Positions 39,657-54,375 of a stretch of 64,000 nucleotides of DNA are shown here, piece after piece; the first letter of the stretch is position 1; each line of letters starts with the position of its first letter. Below the pieces are notes generated by a model. The model was not told the DNA's origin. It saw only the letters and a program-made list of their open reading frames with translations, and did no database searches. Where the stretch lies: the NCBI RefSeq assembly GCF_006345805.1, contig NC_043020.1, positions 23,808,001 through 23,872,000 of the forward strand, read 5' to 3'. The position numbers and the translations under genes were made by a program. Source of the DNA: Octopus sinensis. Lineage: Eukaryota.

Positions 39657-42600
39657 ATGGTCAAGATTGGTTGTGTGAATGCGCGTGGCTTGGGGTCTCC
39701 TTGAAAACAAGGATACCTCCTAAATGACATCAAGTCACATGATTTGGGAATCATAGCCATAAGTGAGACCAGACTCCACGAGCCACGGGCCCTAAAGTCC
39801 ATGTTTGGCGGACAGTTTAACATTTATTTCGCTCCCTGTCTGCCGAGGATGGGCGGTAGTGGCACCGCGGTACTTTTTCACAAGAGCCTGGATCTCGAAG
39901 TCAAGACGATATTCGTAGACCCGGAGGGTAGACTGATCGTTCTGGATGTTGACGGCAGCAATATGCGTGCGCTTTTCGACTCGTATCAGTCTACGCACCG
40001 CCCTTAACAGGTCGGGCGGATTTCTTTCGACGTCTAGAAGTATTCTTGGGAACGTCTCGTCCTTTACTCTTAGTGGGGGATTGGAATGCTACCTTGGACA
40101 CGCATGTAGACTACGTGGGTAGAGACAGAAACAGAAGGGGATGCAAATGCCTCAGAGACCTGCTCAGACGATTCCAACTGTCTGACAGGTACCGACTCGA
40201 CCACCCAAATGCACCAACGTGGACATGGAGCAACCGCAGTGGGTCGTCGAGATCGTATCTAGATAGGATACTGTGTAGGACAGTAGACAAGGATAACTTA
40301 GGATGTCCACAATTCCACACAGTCAGCTACACGGATCACAAATTGGTGACGTGTACGCTAGACTTAGATAAGGCACATAGACAGGGTCCTGGGTACTGGA
40401 AACTGAACGCATCATTCCCGTCCAGACAAGTTTTCAGAGACCGGATTAGCACACTAGTAAAGAGGGCTTTGACGGGAGCCATCATCAACAACAAATGGTG
40501 GTTTGCCCTCAAGAGAGCAGTAAAAGCAGAAGCGATTAGGTACAGCAAAGCACTAGCCATAGATAGAAATAGAGTAGAGGGTGAGCTAGTTAAGAAGCTA
40601 GAAGAGGCAATTAGAAGCGGCATCGCATCCGACGTTTTGGCGGCGAGGTTGGCCCTCGACCAACACTTCAACGCCAAACACGAAGGATGTGCTGTCAGAG
40701 CTAGGATGCGTGCTCTAAGGAACGAAGGTGTTGGAGCCGCGAGAGAGGCCCGGGTGGCAGAGGCGCAACAGGGCAACAAAGCCACCATTCGGTCACTGGT
40801 AGATGAACAGGGGCGCGAATTGCTCGAGCCAAGTAAAATGTGTGAGGCCTTTCAGCAGCATTTTGCCCGACTGTTCGGGACGAGTGGAGGGCAAGAACGT
40901 AGGGTAGACTTCAGTGCCTACCTACATAGCCTGCCACGACTCTCGACAAGAAAGGCAGGGTGCTGCGAAGGTGCCATCACGGCGGCGGAAGTGCGGGAAG
41001 CGATGGCAGAATGCTCGAGGGACAAATCACCGGGTTTGGATGGTCTACCCTACGAATTTTACTATTGTATGCCAGACTTGTTTGGAGACGTCTTGGCAGC
41101 GGTATACTGCAACTGGCAGCAAAACGGGAGCATACCCGGTTTTGTGAGTCGAGGAGCTGTAACTCTGCTGAAGAAAGATCCAAACAAGGGAAACATTATA
41201 GATAACTTTAGGCCAATCACTCTGCTCAATGCAGACCTGAAAATTTTGACAAAGGTGTTAGCCAAGAGGTTGGCGCTTGTCATGGAGAAACTGGTCGACA
41301 ACGCACAAACGTGCGCCGTGCCGGGCCGGAGCATCCATGACAACCTCCATCTGATGCGCTACATCATAGACAGGGTAGTTAACGAACCTGGCATGGGTGG
41401 GGCCCTGATCAACTTGGATCAATCGAAAGCCTTTGATAGGGTAGACCATCGATACTTGGAGGCAGTCCTGAGAGCGGCTGGTTTCGGTCCCGTCTTCCGC
41501 GGCTGGATAGCTGCCTTGTACAGAGGCATCCGTTCGGTAATTCGCGTAAATGGACATCTATCGAGACCCTTCGACATTGCACGTTCGGTCCGTCAGGGAT
41601 GCCCCCTCTCGGCGCTTCTATACGTATTGACTCTTGAGCCACTACTGCGGAAGCTGGCGACTCTGAGGGGCATCCCGCGAGAATTAGGATGCGGGACGAG
41701 CGTGTCTGCATACGCGGACGACGTCACCGTCATAGTGTCAAGCCACGAGCACATCGAGCGGGTCGGCGAGACACTGAAAGACTACGAAGCGGTGACAGGA
41801 GCAAAAATCAACCGGGAAAAGTCAGTGGGCTTGCGGCTCGGCACACTGGAGAAGCAAGCCCATGCCGTCCACCAGTACCTCCGTCGTGGGACGCTGGACA
41901 GACGGCCCGGTTGAGTTGCTCGGGGTCTGGTTCGGTCCGGACCTCCAAATGGAGAAGAACTGGAACGAGATAACGAGTAGGGTGGTCACTCTCGCCCAGC
42001 AATGGGCCGAGAGGAAACTGTCCCTAAAAGGTCGGGCGGAGGTGGTGAACGCGTACATCGCGTCCATCATCTACTACCGCCTGACCGTCGTACCTTGTCC
42101 CGACCCTACCATCCCCAAACTAGAACGCATTCTCTTCCGCTTCTTGTGGAAAGGATGCGTCCCGATGGTCAGGCGATCCATTTGCTGTCAACACCCGTTA
42201 AAAGGAGGGCTGGGCATGCCGTGGTTGATGATGCGCAGACACGCGCTGAGACTGCGACATCTCCGGCTCTATGTAGACGACGGTGAACAGGTGTGGTCGC
42301 CGTTTGTGAGGCACGCATTCCCGCAACTCGTCTCCATGACCGAACTACAGTCGTGGATCAAAAAGAGGCCGAAGAAGGGCGTATGGCACCGAGAGTGTCG
42401 CGTTGCTCTCAAGCAACTCTGCCGTCCCGGGTCGACCTTGAGTGACTTCAACACAACCAAAGCATTCTATAGGGGATTAGTGGAGGGGAGGTACGACGAC
42501 GAGCTCGGGGCAAACCTGGGCGTCGACGAGGAATACCTGACCCGCCTGTTTCAAACGACTTTCGGCCCGGGACCTATGGACAACTTCCAGAGATCCCTGG

Positions 42601-43095
42601 CCTGGCGGTGCTACGAGAAGCGCTACCCGTTCGGGATAAGCTCTATAGGCATGGCTCGAGAAACACGGGGCCGACCTGCCCGAGATGCGGGCAGAGCGAC
42701 GAAACCGCTCTGCACGCAATCGTGCAGTGTCCAGCAATTTCCCACTGTGGGCTTATGTCGAACGACTGCTGTCACGTGTGGGACGTGTCGGTTTATCAGC
42801 CGAGTCTATCGTTAATATCGTCACGCCTCCTTCCTTCAAACGGGAAGGAAGAGCTATTTTTATCATACTTGTGGCTATGGCGAAAGAATGTATCTGGTGG
42901 ACGCGTCTGAAAGGATTAGAGACAAACACTTTCCTCTCTGGTCAATCTCTCATCAACTTCTTCAAGTATCACTTGAAGAAAAAAGTGAGAGTAGAGAGGC
43001 AAGTTTTGTCTAGTGAATGTTTTAAAAAAAGATGGGTGAATGTAGCAAGGATGGCACGTATGAATGACGAAGCCACCTTGACTATGATTCTATGA
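39657..43095 (+). pseudogene. LINE ORF2 (APE endonuclease, reverse transcriptase, zinc finger)
   Basis: IGCVNARGL, ISETRL, GDWNA, SYLDRI, TDHK, KSPGLDG, FRPITLLN, LDQSKAFDRV, VRQGCPLS, AYADD, CPRC..H..C; stop at 39702 and four frameshifts. Confidence 0.95.
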
Positions 43096-43528
43096 ACCGT
43101 AAAAATTAATACAGAGAGTTGCTTATTTGCAAAAAAAAAAAAAAGAAATATAACATGTGACTTCATTGACCGAGGTTACCGTGGTCTTTTCCGTAGGCTT
43201 TTCTTTCCACGGGTAAACCTCACCTGTCCTCCCCTTTACACTTCATATTGACATTTCTGTGATAACGATCCCTATTGATCAATATTTTTTCCTCTCCCCC
43301 TTTTTTTTTAACCCCCCCTTTTTTTTGTCCTCTTTCTCTCCTTTTACGATCCCTTTTGATCGACCCCCTTTTTTTATTTTATTTTTATTTATTTTTTAAT
43401 TTTTTTTTATTTATTTATTTATTTATTTTTATTTTTTTTAATTTTTTTTTTTTAAACCTTCAAAAGAAAAGCTCTACCTTGTAATTTGTTCTATCTGTGT
43501 GCAGCCCTGTGTGGCTAATAAAGAAACA

Positions 43529-43575
<47 letters not shown>

Positions 43576-44314
43576 TTACCTCATTTATCAACATATTCAC
43601 CAACTAGTAGGTATACCCATCTTTCATATAAAGCAAATTCAAAATCACAAGCGACGACCCTGTACTGTAGTAATCAGATATTTAGAGACCCTGAAGTGGT
43701 TAACAGGCCACGTTACAAAATCAGAAACGTAAAAGAGACCACTCTCGAAACATGGCAGAAAATATGGGATGAACTATTCGCCAACAATACCGGAGCAGCC
43801 ATCTATGTAGGCTCAAGCTCAGGGTAGATATGTTGTTACTAGCTCAGCTATAGACCAACTTCCTAATATAACGCTTCAACAAAATGAGGGAATAAATGAA
43901 TTAGAAACACTAGCTATGCTCCAGTATGGCTACAGTTCTTCGACTGAAAACACTAAATAATAAAAATAATAGGTTGTATATGCTGTGAATGTAACATGTA
44001 TATACAACACACTCTCTCTCTCTCACACACGTACACACACATACCGCATTCACAGACACACAAATTTATGACTGATATGTGTACAATATGTGTACGATGT
44101 GTGACAATATGTGTACGATGTATCATGTATATTCTATGACTGTACAATCTATATACGATATATACATATGCTATATGTACGATGTGTTCTATGTATGTAT
44201 AGTGTATATGGTATGCATGTACTAATTATGTAATGCACATATAAGGTGTATACACAACAGATATACAATATATATTCAATGTATGAACTGTCTATAGACA
44301 TATACACCCACACA

Positions 44315-44402
<88 letters not shown>

Positions 44403-44403
<1 letters not shown>

Positions 44404-44632
44404 GTGGCTATGGTGAAAGAATGTGTGTGGAAGACTGGAGCGAAAGGATTAGAGACAAACACTTACCTCTCTGGCCAATCACTCATCAACTTTTTCAAGT
44501 ACCACTTGAAAAGAAAGGTGAGAATGGAGGGGCAGGTTTTGTCTCGTGAAAGTTAAAAAAAAAAGGTGGGTGAATGTACCAAAGATGGTGCGTGCGAGTG
44601 ACGAAACCACTTTGAGCATGATCCTGTAAATC

Positions 44633-44696
<64 letters not shown>

Positions 44697-44983
44697 ACTT
44701 TGCTTTCATGTGTTTATTTCCTCCTTGCCTGAGGTTACCGTGGTCTTTTCTGTAGGCTTTTCTTTCCACGGATGAACCTAATCTTGTTTGTTACTGTGAA
44801 AATTTGTTTTTTCTTTCTGTGATACACGATCCCTTTTGATCGCTTTTTTTCCCGATCCCTTTTGATTGAAATTTTACATTTGTTTCCTTTTTTTTTTCTT
44901 TTACCTTTTCCATCTTCGAAAAGAAAAGCTCTACATTTGTATTTGTCCCCTCTGTGTCCAGCCCTGTGTGGCCAATAAAGAAA
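44403..44983 (+). mobile_element. 5'-truncated Tx1 LINE (copy 3, diverged subfamily)
   Basis: Homologous to 42870-43526; (TATC)n at 44315-44402 and 44986-45045. Confidence 0.88.
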
Positions 44984-44984
44984 G

Positions 44985-45045
<61 letters not shown>

Positions 45046-45461
45046 AAATGTGGTAACATATAACAATATCGACCAAGGTTACCGTGGTCTTTTTCGTAGG
45101 CTTTTCTTCCCACGGATAAACCTTACTTGCTTTCCCCTTTACACCATATATCACTGTGATACACGATTCCTATTGATCGTTCTTTTTTTTCCTCTTCTCC
45201 TTTTTTTCCCCTTTTTTCTTCTTTTTTCATTTCTCTTTTCTCTTGTTCCTTTTCCTTTTCCTTTTTTTTAAAATTCTTTTTATTTTTTAATTTTATTTAT
45301 TTATTTACTTTTTTTTGTTCTTTTCTTCCCTTTTACGATCCCTCTTGATCGAAAACCTACGCCGACCCCCCCTTTTTTTTGTTTTCTTCATCCCCCAAAA
45401 GAAAAGCTCTACCTTGTAACTTGTCCCAACTGTGTGCAGCCCTGTGTGGCCAATAAAGAAA
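45046..45461 (+). mobile_element. 5'-truncated Tx1 LINE (copy 4, 3' UTR only)
   Basis: GGTTACCGTGGTCTTTT..GCCCTGTGTGGCCAATAAAGAAA; (TATC)n on both sides. Confidence 0.85.
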
Positions 45462-45462
45462 C

Positions 45463-45562
<100 letters not shown>

Positions 45563-45626
45563 ATATCTATCTATCTACCTACATACCTACATACCTACCT
45601 ACCTACCTACCTACCTACCTACCTAC

Positions 45627-45668
<42 letters not shown>

Positions 45669-45745
45669 GTCTCTCTTTCTCTTTCTCTCTCTCTCTATCT
45701 ATCTATCTATTCAGATAGATAGATAGATAAACAGAGATAGATATG

Positions 45746-45817
<72 letters not shown>

Positions 45818-46432
45818 CATGCATATGGTATTTATACGACACATGTTTAATTCCATTGAATTTGCATGTTTTGTCAAGTGACAAGAGTTAAGTAGGCGAT
45901 GGAATTTTCTGGAATATTTTTGTTAGTGGAATCTTTTCGTCTTTGGAATTCGCTGTTTTCTTTGCAGAAAGTTCTTGAAATTGAAACTTGGAATGGTAAG
46001 GCTGAGTAATAATTTCTATTAAGTTTAAGAATTAAATAAATATTACGCATATTATTTTATGCATGTATGTATATAGGTATGTGTGTGTGTATATGTGTGT
46101 GCGTATAAATGCTTGCATGCATATGTGAATGCATCGATATGTACGTGTATATATGTATGTGTGTATGTATGTAGACATATATGTATATGTATGCATGTAT
46201 GCTTATAAGTATGTATGTTTGTATATAAGCATATATATATGTATGTATTTATGCATGTGTACATGTGTGTATGCGCGTATGAATATATATATGCATATAT
46301 GCATATATATAAGTATGTGTGTATGTATGTTGTGTGTATGTGTGTGTATAAATATATATGCTTCTGTGTAGGTATATACATGCATATGTATGTAATATAA
46401 ATGTATGTATGTAAATGTATACATATATATAC

Positions 46433-46582
<150 letters not shown>

Positions 46583-47070
46583 ATTCTCCCTGCACTCACA
46601 CATACACATGTGCGTGTGTGCGTACGTGTATGAGTGTGTTGTGCATATATATGACTTTTCGTCAATCTATTTTTACGATGATCGATCTCTTGCCGAGTCT
46701 ATTAACTAATTTCTTCTCATAGGAATCGATTTACGATTCAATCAATATACACTCGTTTTCTACATCTTCCATGCTCTTGCACATTTTATGTTGGTATCAA
46801 CGTTTTATTGTTTAACCTTAATATATATATACCTACGCAAAAGCACGTGCATATACACATACAGATATACATTCATACATATATACGTACATAACGCAAA
46901 TATGTAGATCTATATGCATATATACATACATATAGTCATATAATAGATGTGTACGTTCATGCATATAAACAGACATATATCTGCATAAATACATAGCTAT
47001 TTAACTACATATAAATATACATATGCAGATATGAGTGTATATATGTCTAAATCAATCTATCTATCTATCG

Positions 47071-47118
<48 letters not shown>

Positions 47119-47279
47119 CCCCCTTCTCTCTCTCTTTCTATATATATGTATGTGTGTATATGTGTGTGTATGCATGTATATATATACATATATATATATG
47201 TGTGTGCGTATATATATATTATATAGATATATATATATAAGTATATATATATATAAGTACACACACACACATACACATA

Positions 47280-47317
<38 letters not shown>

Positions 47318-47607
47318 TACATATACAAAATCCATATAAAGTGATAAACCTAATTATGTCGTTACATGCATGTCAATATATACCAGTTTGTTTGTGCCGC
47401 TTTCTACGTATACATACACACACATGTATATATATATACACCAATACACGTACATACAAACATGGAACTAAAGTATAACCGTGTATACGCGTATATATGA
47501 ATGCATATATGTACATATGTGTATATACATATATATGTATATAACTATATATGTATACATATATATCTATATATTCTATCTATATCTATATCTATATCTA
47601 TATTATA

Positions 47608-47643
<36 letters not shown>

Positions 47644-48118
47644 CACGCACACATATATATATATTTATGTATGTTTTTGTATGTGTGTAGGTATATACGT
47701 TCAAAGACACAAAATATACCATCACACATTTTCGGCCATTACTTAGTCCAATTTTTATTTATAGCTTCCTCCACACAAATAAACCGATCCACATTACATT
47801 CATAGCAAATCTATTATGTACACGTGACCGTGTCACGTGACGTATTCTCTTTCATAACCCGATCGTACAAATTCTTCGGCTTCCTCTCATCAATGTTTGA
47901 TGGTCGACTTTAATGGCTGCCAATTTGACGAAAGACAGAAATTACGGCGATTGTGAAACCCCTTTGTGTTAAAACCGTCTTTCAATTAGAATGAGTGCTT
48001 TGTTATAAGGATGTGTGTTCGTATGTGTTTGTGTGTGTGTGTGTGTGTGTGTTTATATATGTTATATATAGGTGTGTTGTGCATTCATACAAACGTAGCT
48101 TATACTTATAAACATATA

Positions 48119-48157
<39 letters not shown>

Positions 48158-48301
48158 TTATGTATATACATTCACACATACACATGTAGATGGATTAATT
48201 ATATCAATATACATGCGCACATATACATATACTGATATTCATATATATTCCCTGATATAGTACATACACGCGCGCACATATATATATATCTAGACACACA
48301 A

Positions 48302-48390
<89 letters not shown>

Positions 48391-48545
48391 CGTGGATATA
48401 TTTCTGTCGATGTATATAAATAGACAGATACGTGGCTGCAAACATACATACTTATGTACACTTATCTGTATGCATACATATTTACACACACTCTCGCACA
48501 CATTATATATATATATATATATATATATATGAATGTATATGTATA

Positions 48546-48576
<31 letters not shown>

Positions 48577-49187
48577 GCAAACGTAGACAAATTCACACAC
48601 ATACACATATCTATACATTCATTGATGGTTACATATATTTACACACACACTGGCTTATACACTTATATAGCATGGCTGAAAACAAATAAGTGATTCGTGC
48701 CTTAAAAGATTCAAAAATAGGAATGGAAGAACTCTTTAAGATGCTTAGAATAAGCGAGATTACATTTATGGAATAAACAGACACGGAATCCCCTTATTCC
48801 CATATTCATACTCTCTTATTTATTCTTATATTCCTGTATTCCTGTAATTCTTGTCAATATAATCCTTGTTGGGGAAAAGACATGACAACAATCAGAGTTG
48901 CTGTTGTTGTGAATGTGCTGGTTGTTAATGTTTGTGTCAGCTTTCATTGATGAGACCGAAGTTCGAAGACACTTCAGCCGGGACCATCCCATGTATTTAT
49001 AGAACTGGGTTACCATTAAAACATTTTAAAATATATTCATTTTTCCAGGTAGAGTTGTTAATGGGAAGAATTTTAGCTACCATTTCTAGCAGAGTTCCAT
49101 GACTGTTTGTTTGATGCACCCTTGTTTGTTTGGTTAGATATGTTTCTATGTACTGCGTATGTATGTACGCACGTACGAAAGTATGTA

Positions 49188-49230
<43 letters not shown>

Positions 49231-49232
<2 letters not shown>

Positions 49233-50854
49233 CAGGAAGCTTTACCAAAAATAAACAAAAGACGAAGGCAGGTGGAGTACAAACAAACAATTGTATTAGT
49301 ATGGCGCTCAGGAATAGAAATAAAACAAGTATTTTACGTTTCGAGCCTACGCTCTTCAACAGAAAGATACACAGAAAAGAAACACGGAGAGAAACAAGGA
49401 GAGAAAAAAATGCGTGCAGGAGCTAACGATATATAGGGAGAGTTTACGAAAAAAAAAAGACGAAGATAGGTGGTGTACAAAACAAACAGATGTATTAGTA
49501 TAACGCTCAGGAGTAGAAAAAGTATTTTACGTTTCGAGCCTACGCTCTTCTACAGAAAGGGACACAGAAAAAACAAGGAGAGAAAAAAATGTGTGTAGTG
49601 GCTAACGATCTATCATGGCGACTAGTGCCGGACAGAAGGGTCACGCACGAGAAGGAAAGTAGGGGAGATAACAAGGTAAAGATGACCCCCCCAACACGAA
49701 GGTGCGGGTGTGTATAAGAGAGTATGTACGTGCGTGTGAAAGAGGGTTGGTGGTCTGGACGTGTATGTATGTGTAGGTGTGAAAATGTGGGGATGGGTGT
49801 GTGGGTGGTGTGTTGTGATGTGTAATGTTGTATGGTGTAGTGTGGTGTGGTGCGATGTTGTTGGGAGGTGGGGGAGGCGAGAGTGGGGAAAGCACGGGTG
49901 GGGTGTGGGTTCGGCTGAGGGATGGGGTAGAGTTGGGGTTTGTGGGTAGGAAGAGGGTGGGGGTAGAGGAGGAGTATGTGGAGAAGGGGTGTGGGATAGG
50001 ATGGGGGATGGGATGGGGGATGGGAAGGATAGGGAACGTGGAGTAGGGATGTGTAGGGGTGGTTGGGCTTATGGGGAGGGGAAGGTGGGTATGTAAGGAG
50101 AGAGAGGAGGAGGGAAGAGAGAAAGAGAGGGTGAAAGAGTAGGAGAGAAGAGAGACAGAGAATAAGAGAGGAGAGAGAAAGAAGGAAGAGAGAAAGAGAG
50201 TAAGAGGGAAGGGGGAAAGAGGGGAGAGAAAGAGAGAAAGAGAGTAGGAGAGAAGAGAGAAGAGAGAAAGAGAGTAGGAGAAAAGAGAGAAAGAGAGGAA
50301 GAAAGTAAAGGAGTAGAGGGAAAGAGAGTAGGGGTAAAGGGGTGAAGAGAAGTAGCAGTGAAGAGAAGTAGAAGTGAAGAGAAGTAGAAGTGAAGAGAAG
50401 TAGGAATCGGAGAAAGAGAGGAGAGTTCGGTAGAAAGAAGGAGGAGGGAGGAGGAGGGAGGGGGAGGGGAGAGAAGGAGAGTGAGGGAGCAGAGAGAAAG
50501 AGAGAAGAGAGAAAGAGAGTAAGGGAGAAGAGGGAAAGAGAGTAGGGGTGAAAAGATGTAGGAGTGAAGAGAAGTATGAGTCGGGGAGGAGGTTAGATGA
50601 AGAGGGGAGGAGAGTTGAGCCCAAATGGCGTAAAAGAGCGAAGAGAAAAGATTAATCCCTGTTCACGGCGCAAACGGGAGTCCGGATGGCCTCTGTGCAA
50701 GGACAATCCGAACCAGACAGGTGTTGCAAGGAGTGACCGTTGAAGCGGAAATGGCGTGAGACCGGGTTGTCATTGCTGAGGCGGATGTCTCGGAGGTGTT
50801 CCGCGAACCGGTCAGCGTAGCGGCGTCCCGTTGTCCGATGTACAGGGAATGGCA
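49231..50854 (-). mobile_element. 5'-truncated Penelope-like element: GIY-YIG fragment, CT-rich spacer, two tandem 193-bp terminal units
   Basis: 50655-50854 on minus encodes [30 protein letters not shown]; HHR-like motifs at 49332-49365 and 49525-49558. Confidence 0.82.
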
Positions 50855-50936
50855 TATATATTTATATATATATATATATATTATTATATATTTATATATA
50901 TATACACATGTACATACATACATACATACATACATA

Positions 50937-50994
<58 letters not shown>

Positions 50995-51272
50995 ATTAAA
51001 AAATAAAAATGTTTGTAAATTTAAAATAAGTTTTTATTTACCAAGGTATTATTGAAAATGCATTCATAAATAAAAGTACAGAACTAGAAATGGTTATCGG
51101 TTTAGTCTAGAGGGAAGTTAATTCGGCCAAGCCAAGCCTACACAAAAGTTAATTCGGCTTATGTCGTGTCTCCTTGAACCAATTAACGACGTAGGATGAG
51201 GTATGCCTGTGTGTGTATATATATATATTAAAAAAAAGGAGATGTGGAAACATGAGTTGTGATATATAAAAA

Positions 51273-51408
51273 AAGGAAATGAAGAAAATGCTGACAAAAA
51301 TAATTTAAGTAAGGGAGAGTGTATTTACTTAGGTGAAAGTTCTTTCACCTAATTAAATACACTCTCCCTTACTTAAATTATTTTTGTCAGCATTTTCTTC
51401 ATTTCCTT
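51273..51408. repeat. 136-bp near-perfect palindrome (67-bp arms, 1 mismatch, 2-nt loop)
   Basis: 51273-51339 versus 51342-51408. Confidence 0.93.
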
Positions 51409-51639
51409 ATATTATATATATATATATATATGCACTTAAAAAAATGTATTATTATATACATATATATATATATATAATATATATTATAATATAATATACA
51501 CTAAAAAAATTAATCTAAATTTACGAATACAATTTTTTTTATGAATGCGGTTTGCAAATAAGAACATGGTAAATATAGCCATTTTAAAGCTTAAGAACAG
51601 ATTCAGTAATTATAATTATTTTGCAATAGTAAAAAGACT

Positions 51640-52215
51640 AAATTATTTTAAATTTACCAATACGTACATGCAATTTGGTGATTTACATGGCAGATGTAGA
51701 TGGTTGTAGATTGAGAACATCAACAGAGACAGTGGCTGTTCGTGTTCGATGCTCTTAAAAAATCGGTTGAGAGTTCCTTGAACTGTCTTCTTTTCCTCAA
51801 AGATTACATTATAAGGAGCAAAAGCATCGTGACAAGCCCTCATAATCTTGAAAAATCGTTGAACATTTGGATCCATATCCTCCTTTTTCGATACATGCAA
51901 ATGCTTACTGCATTTTTTTAATGGTAAAGTGACGTAGCTCAGGTTTGACTTCCAATTCTTTACTTTGCTGCTCGTGCAGCTCTATCGAATCCTTGTTCGT
52001 CAGAGGCTGCTTGTCTTTTTCAAATAAATCTTTTAAATCCTCCTTCTCCACATCAATTTCCATTTCTTTGCTCGTAGACACCAACGTTTTGTTGATGCCA
52101 ACATTATCAAACCCCTAAAAATATCATTCATGATTTGCAGGCATAGCTTCTTCCATACACCATTCATAACCGTGCTCTGTACATCATTCCATGTCGCTGC
52201 TATGTTCTGTGCTAC
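51640..52215 (-). mobile_element. pogo/Tigger transposase C-terminal remnant
   Basis: NIAATWNDV..MNGVWKKL..GFD..DPNVQRFFKI..APYNVIFEEKK with a stop and frameshifts. Confidence 0.72.
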
Positions 52216-52373
52216 CTACAAAGGAAGAGGGAGAGAGAGATAGAGACAGATAGAAAAAAGGAAAACGTCCTACCTATTTGAAGACTATGGAAATATTTAC
52301 AAATCATTGCAATTAGTTTTTTCTTCAATTTAATTGTTTTCCTTCCTAATTAATATCCACATTTGTTTTACTC

Positions 52374-52411
52374 TTAGTTGAAAAAATCGAAAAGACTGAA
52401 ACCGGTTCTAA
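52374..52411 (+). ncRNA. Minimal hammerhead-like motif, U3-A8 core
   Basis: TTAG-TTGAAAA-AATC GAAAA GACT-GAAA-CCGG-TT^CTAA; a related copy with a deletion lies near 61108-61140. Confidence 0.55.
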
Positions 52412-52776
52412 CCGTTACAAAATGTATTTCATAAAATAATTTTAGAATTGTTTTATTTTCCTTATACATATCAATTCATGTGTTACTTTTCAATCATCTT
52501 CACACACACAGACACACAGACACAGACACACACAGACACAGACACAGACACAGACACAGACACACACACACACACATACACACATACACATACACACACA
52601 CATACACACACACATACACACAACACACACACACATACATATATATATATATGACGGGATTCTTTCAATTTCCATCTACCAAATCCATTCACAAGCTGCT
52701 ATGCAGTGAGACTGAACCTAGAACCATATATACATGCATCTATGTACGTACGTATGTCTCTATATATACATGAACT

Positions 52777-52825
<49 letters not shown>

Positions 52826-53698
52826 CCAATAAAAAGAAGACAAAGAAAATGATTTAACACATCTTTAATTATAAGCGTTACAAATGTTTCCGAACCATCT
52901 CCAGATTACGCGAAAATTCTAAAAGGAAAATTACGTAATATTTGCGGTTTTATGCATTAGAGAGGCACTTGCTCAGACTTGCATGAAAGTCGTGGTTGCA
53001 TTGTGCAACCACGAAGATATTACGGAAGATGTGGGGAAGATATTACGCGGGGTACGAGAATAAGGATTGTGGATACGAATAATGATAGGAAGGAGAAACG
53101 GAAGGGGGGGAGGAAAACAAATAGAAGAAAACGAAAGAGAAGAAGAAGAAGAAGAAGAAGAAGAAGAAGAAGAAGAAGAAGAAGAAAGAAGGAGAAGAAG
53201 AAGAGGAAGAAAAAGTAAATACAGTGGGTAGTGCTGCATATAGCAAAACGGTTCATCCAGTCGTATACAAGCTGTGTCAGCCAGTACAGGCAGAGCCATT
53301 GTTACCAAAATTAGTCCGAAGGAAGACGATGTATTTAACTGCACAGCGACATTAGTCTGCGACAACTTAAGGTGAAAAGATCTAGTAAATCGATAACCAG
53401 ACAATTGTCCGGAGCCAAAGGATGAGGATGTTAATGATGTATGTTGTTGTAGGACCTAACTTATGACCTTAGTGTGTTTCGGTACTTGGAGAGAGATAAA
53501 AGTGGGAACAGCAAAAGACAAACATACATACAGAAATGTACTTATAGATATACACACACCTATATATACTCATTGGACGCAGATGCACACGCAAACACAC
53601 ACACTGACCCCAACCCCCCACCTTGCGTACACACAGACAGAGACACATACTCGCACACCACCCTCCATACACGCATACACACAAAACCCATGTATAGA

Positions 53699-53743
<45 letters not shown>

Positions 53744-53910
53744 TATATATGTATGTATACATGCATACACACATATATATAAATCCATACACGTACAGAG
53801 AGCGAATGAGAGAGAGAGAGATGCGCACACGATCGCATAGGCGTTTATGTGCGTAAATACATATGCACCCCTTCTTGTTGACTCCAATTTTTTTCAGTTA
53901 TATATATATA

Positions 53911-54132
53911 GTTAAAGTTAATCCAAACAAGAAAGCACAAAGAAGCACAAAAAAACACAACAACGCGAGGACGTGGAACAAATATAGTATTATTGGACGC
54001 TCAGGAAAGAAGGAAAGAAGGAGGGTTTAACGTTTCGAGCGGAGCTCTTCGTCGGAAACATAGGAGAAGGAAAGATCCAGAGAAGGGAAGACAGAGGAAA
54101 AAAAATCGCCAACGGTACACACGAGGTCACAT
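53911..54132 (-). mobile_element. Penelope-type terminal-repeat unit with CCGACGA HHR-like motif (54025-54059)
   Basis: Reverse-complement homologue of 23295-23500 with an identical motif. Confidence 0.65.
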
Positions 54133-54375
54133 ATATATATATATATATGTATGTATGTATATATATATACACACCCACCCACACCTATATATACCGACAG
54201 TTATACACCTATACACAGGTATATACATAGGCCCACACATTCACACACACATGTATGCACACAGACGCATATATGTACACACACACATATGCATATATAT
54301 CTACACCGCCATACACATACATACAGGTATATATATAACAAAGAGGTGTTGTAGGGTACCACACGAGTGGAATTA

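Larger units (their letters stand above)
37283..43526 (+). mobile_element. Full-length Tx1/L1-clade LINE (copy 2), about 6.2 kb
   Basis: 5' UTR, ORF1 with CCHC knuckle, ORF2 with APE + RT + C-terminal zinc finger, 3' UTR ending AATAAAGAAA; (TATC)n on both sides. Confidence 0.95.

Noticed and set aside
47815-47845. Tandem CACGTGAC E-box/CLEAR-like motifs; also a YY1-like CAAAATGGCGGC near 59500
   Set aside because: These are short motifs with no linked gene evidence and are expected by chance or within repeats.
48940-48980. TTGATGA-GAC CGAA GTTC-GAAG as a hammerhead
   Set aside because: Positions 3 and 8 are not Watson-Crick complementary, GAAA is altered, and no stem I is in register.
52195-52250. 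Polypyrimidine tract plus TAG (minus strand) before the pogo remnant as an exonisation signal
   Set aside because: The tract is a (CT)n microsatellite and the downstream frame has a stop and frameshifts.
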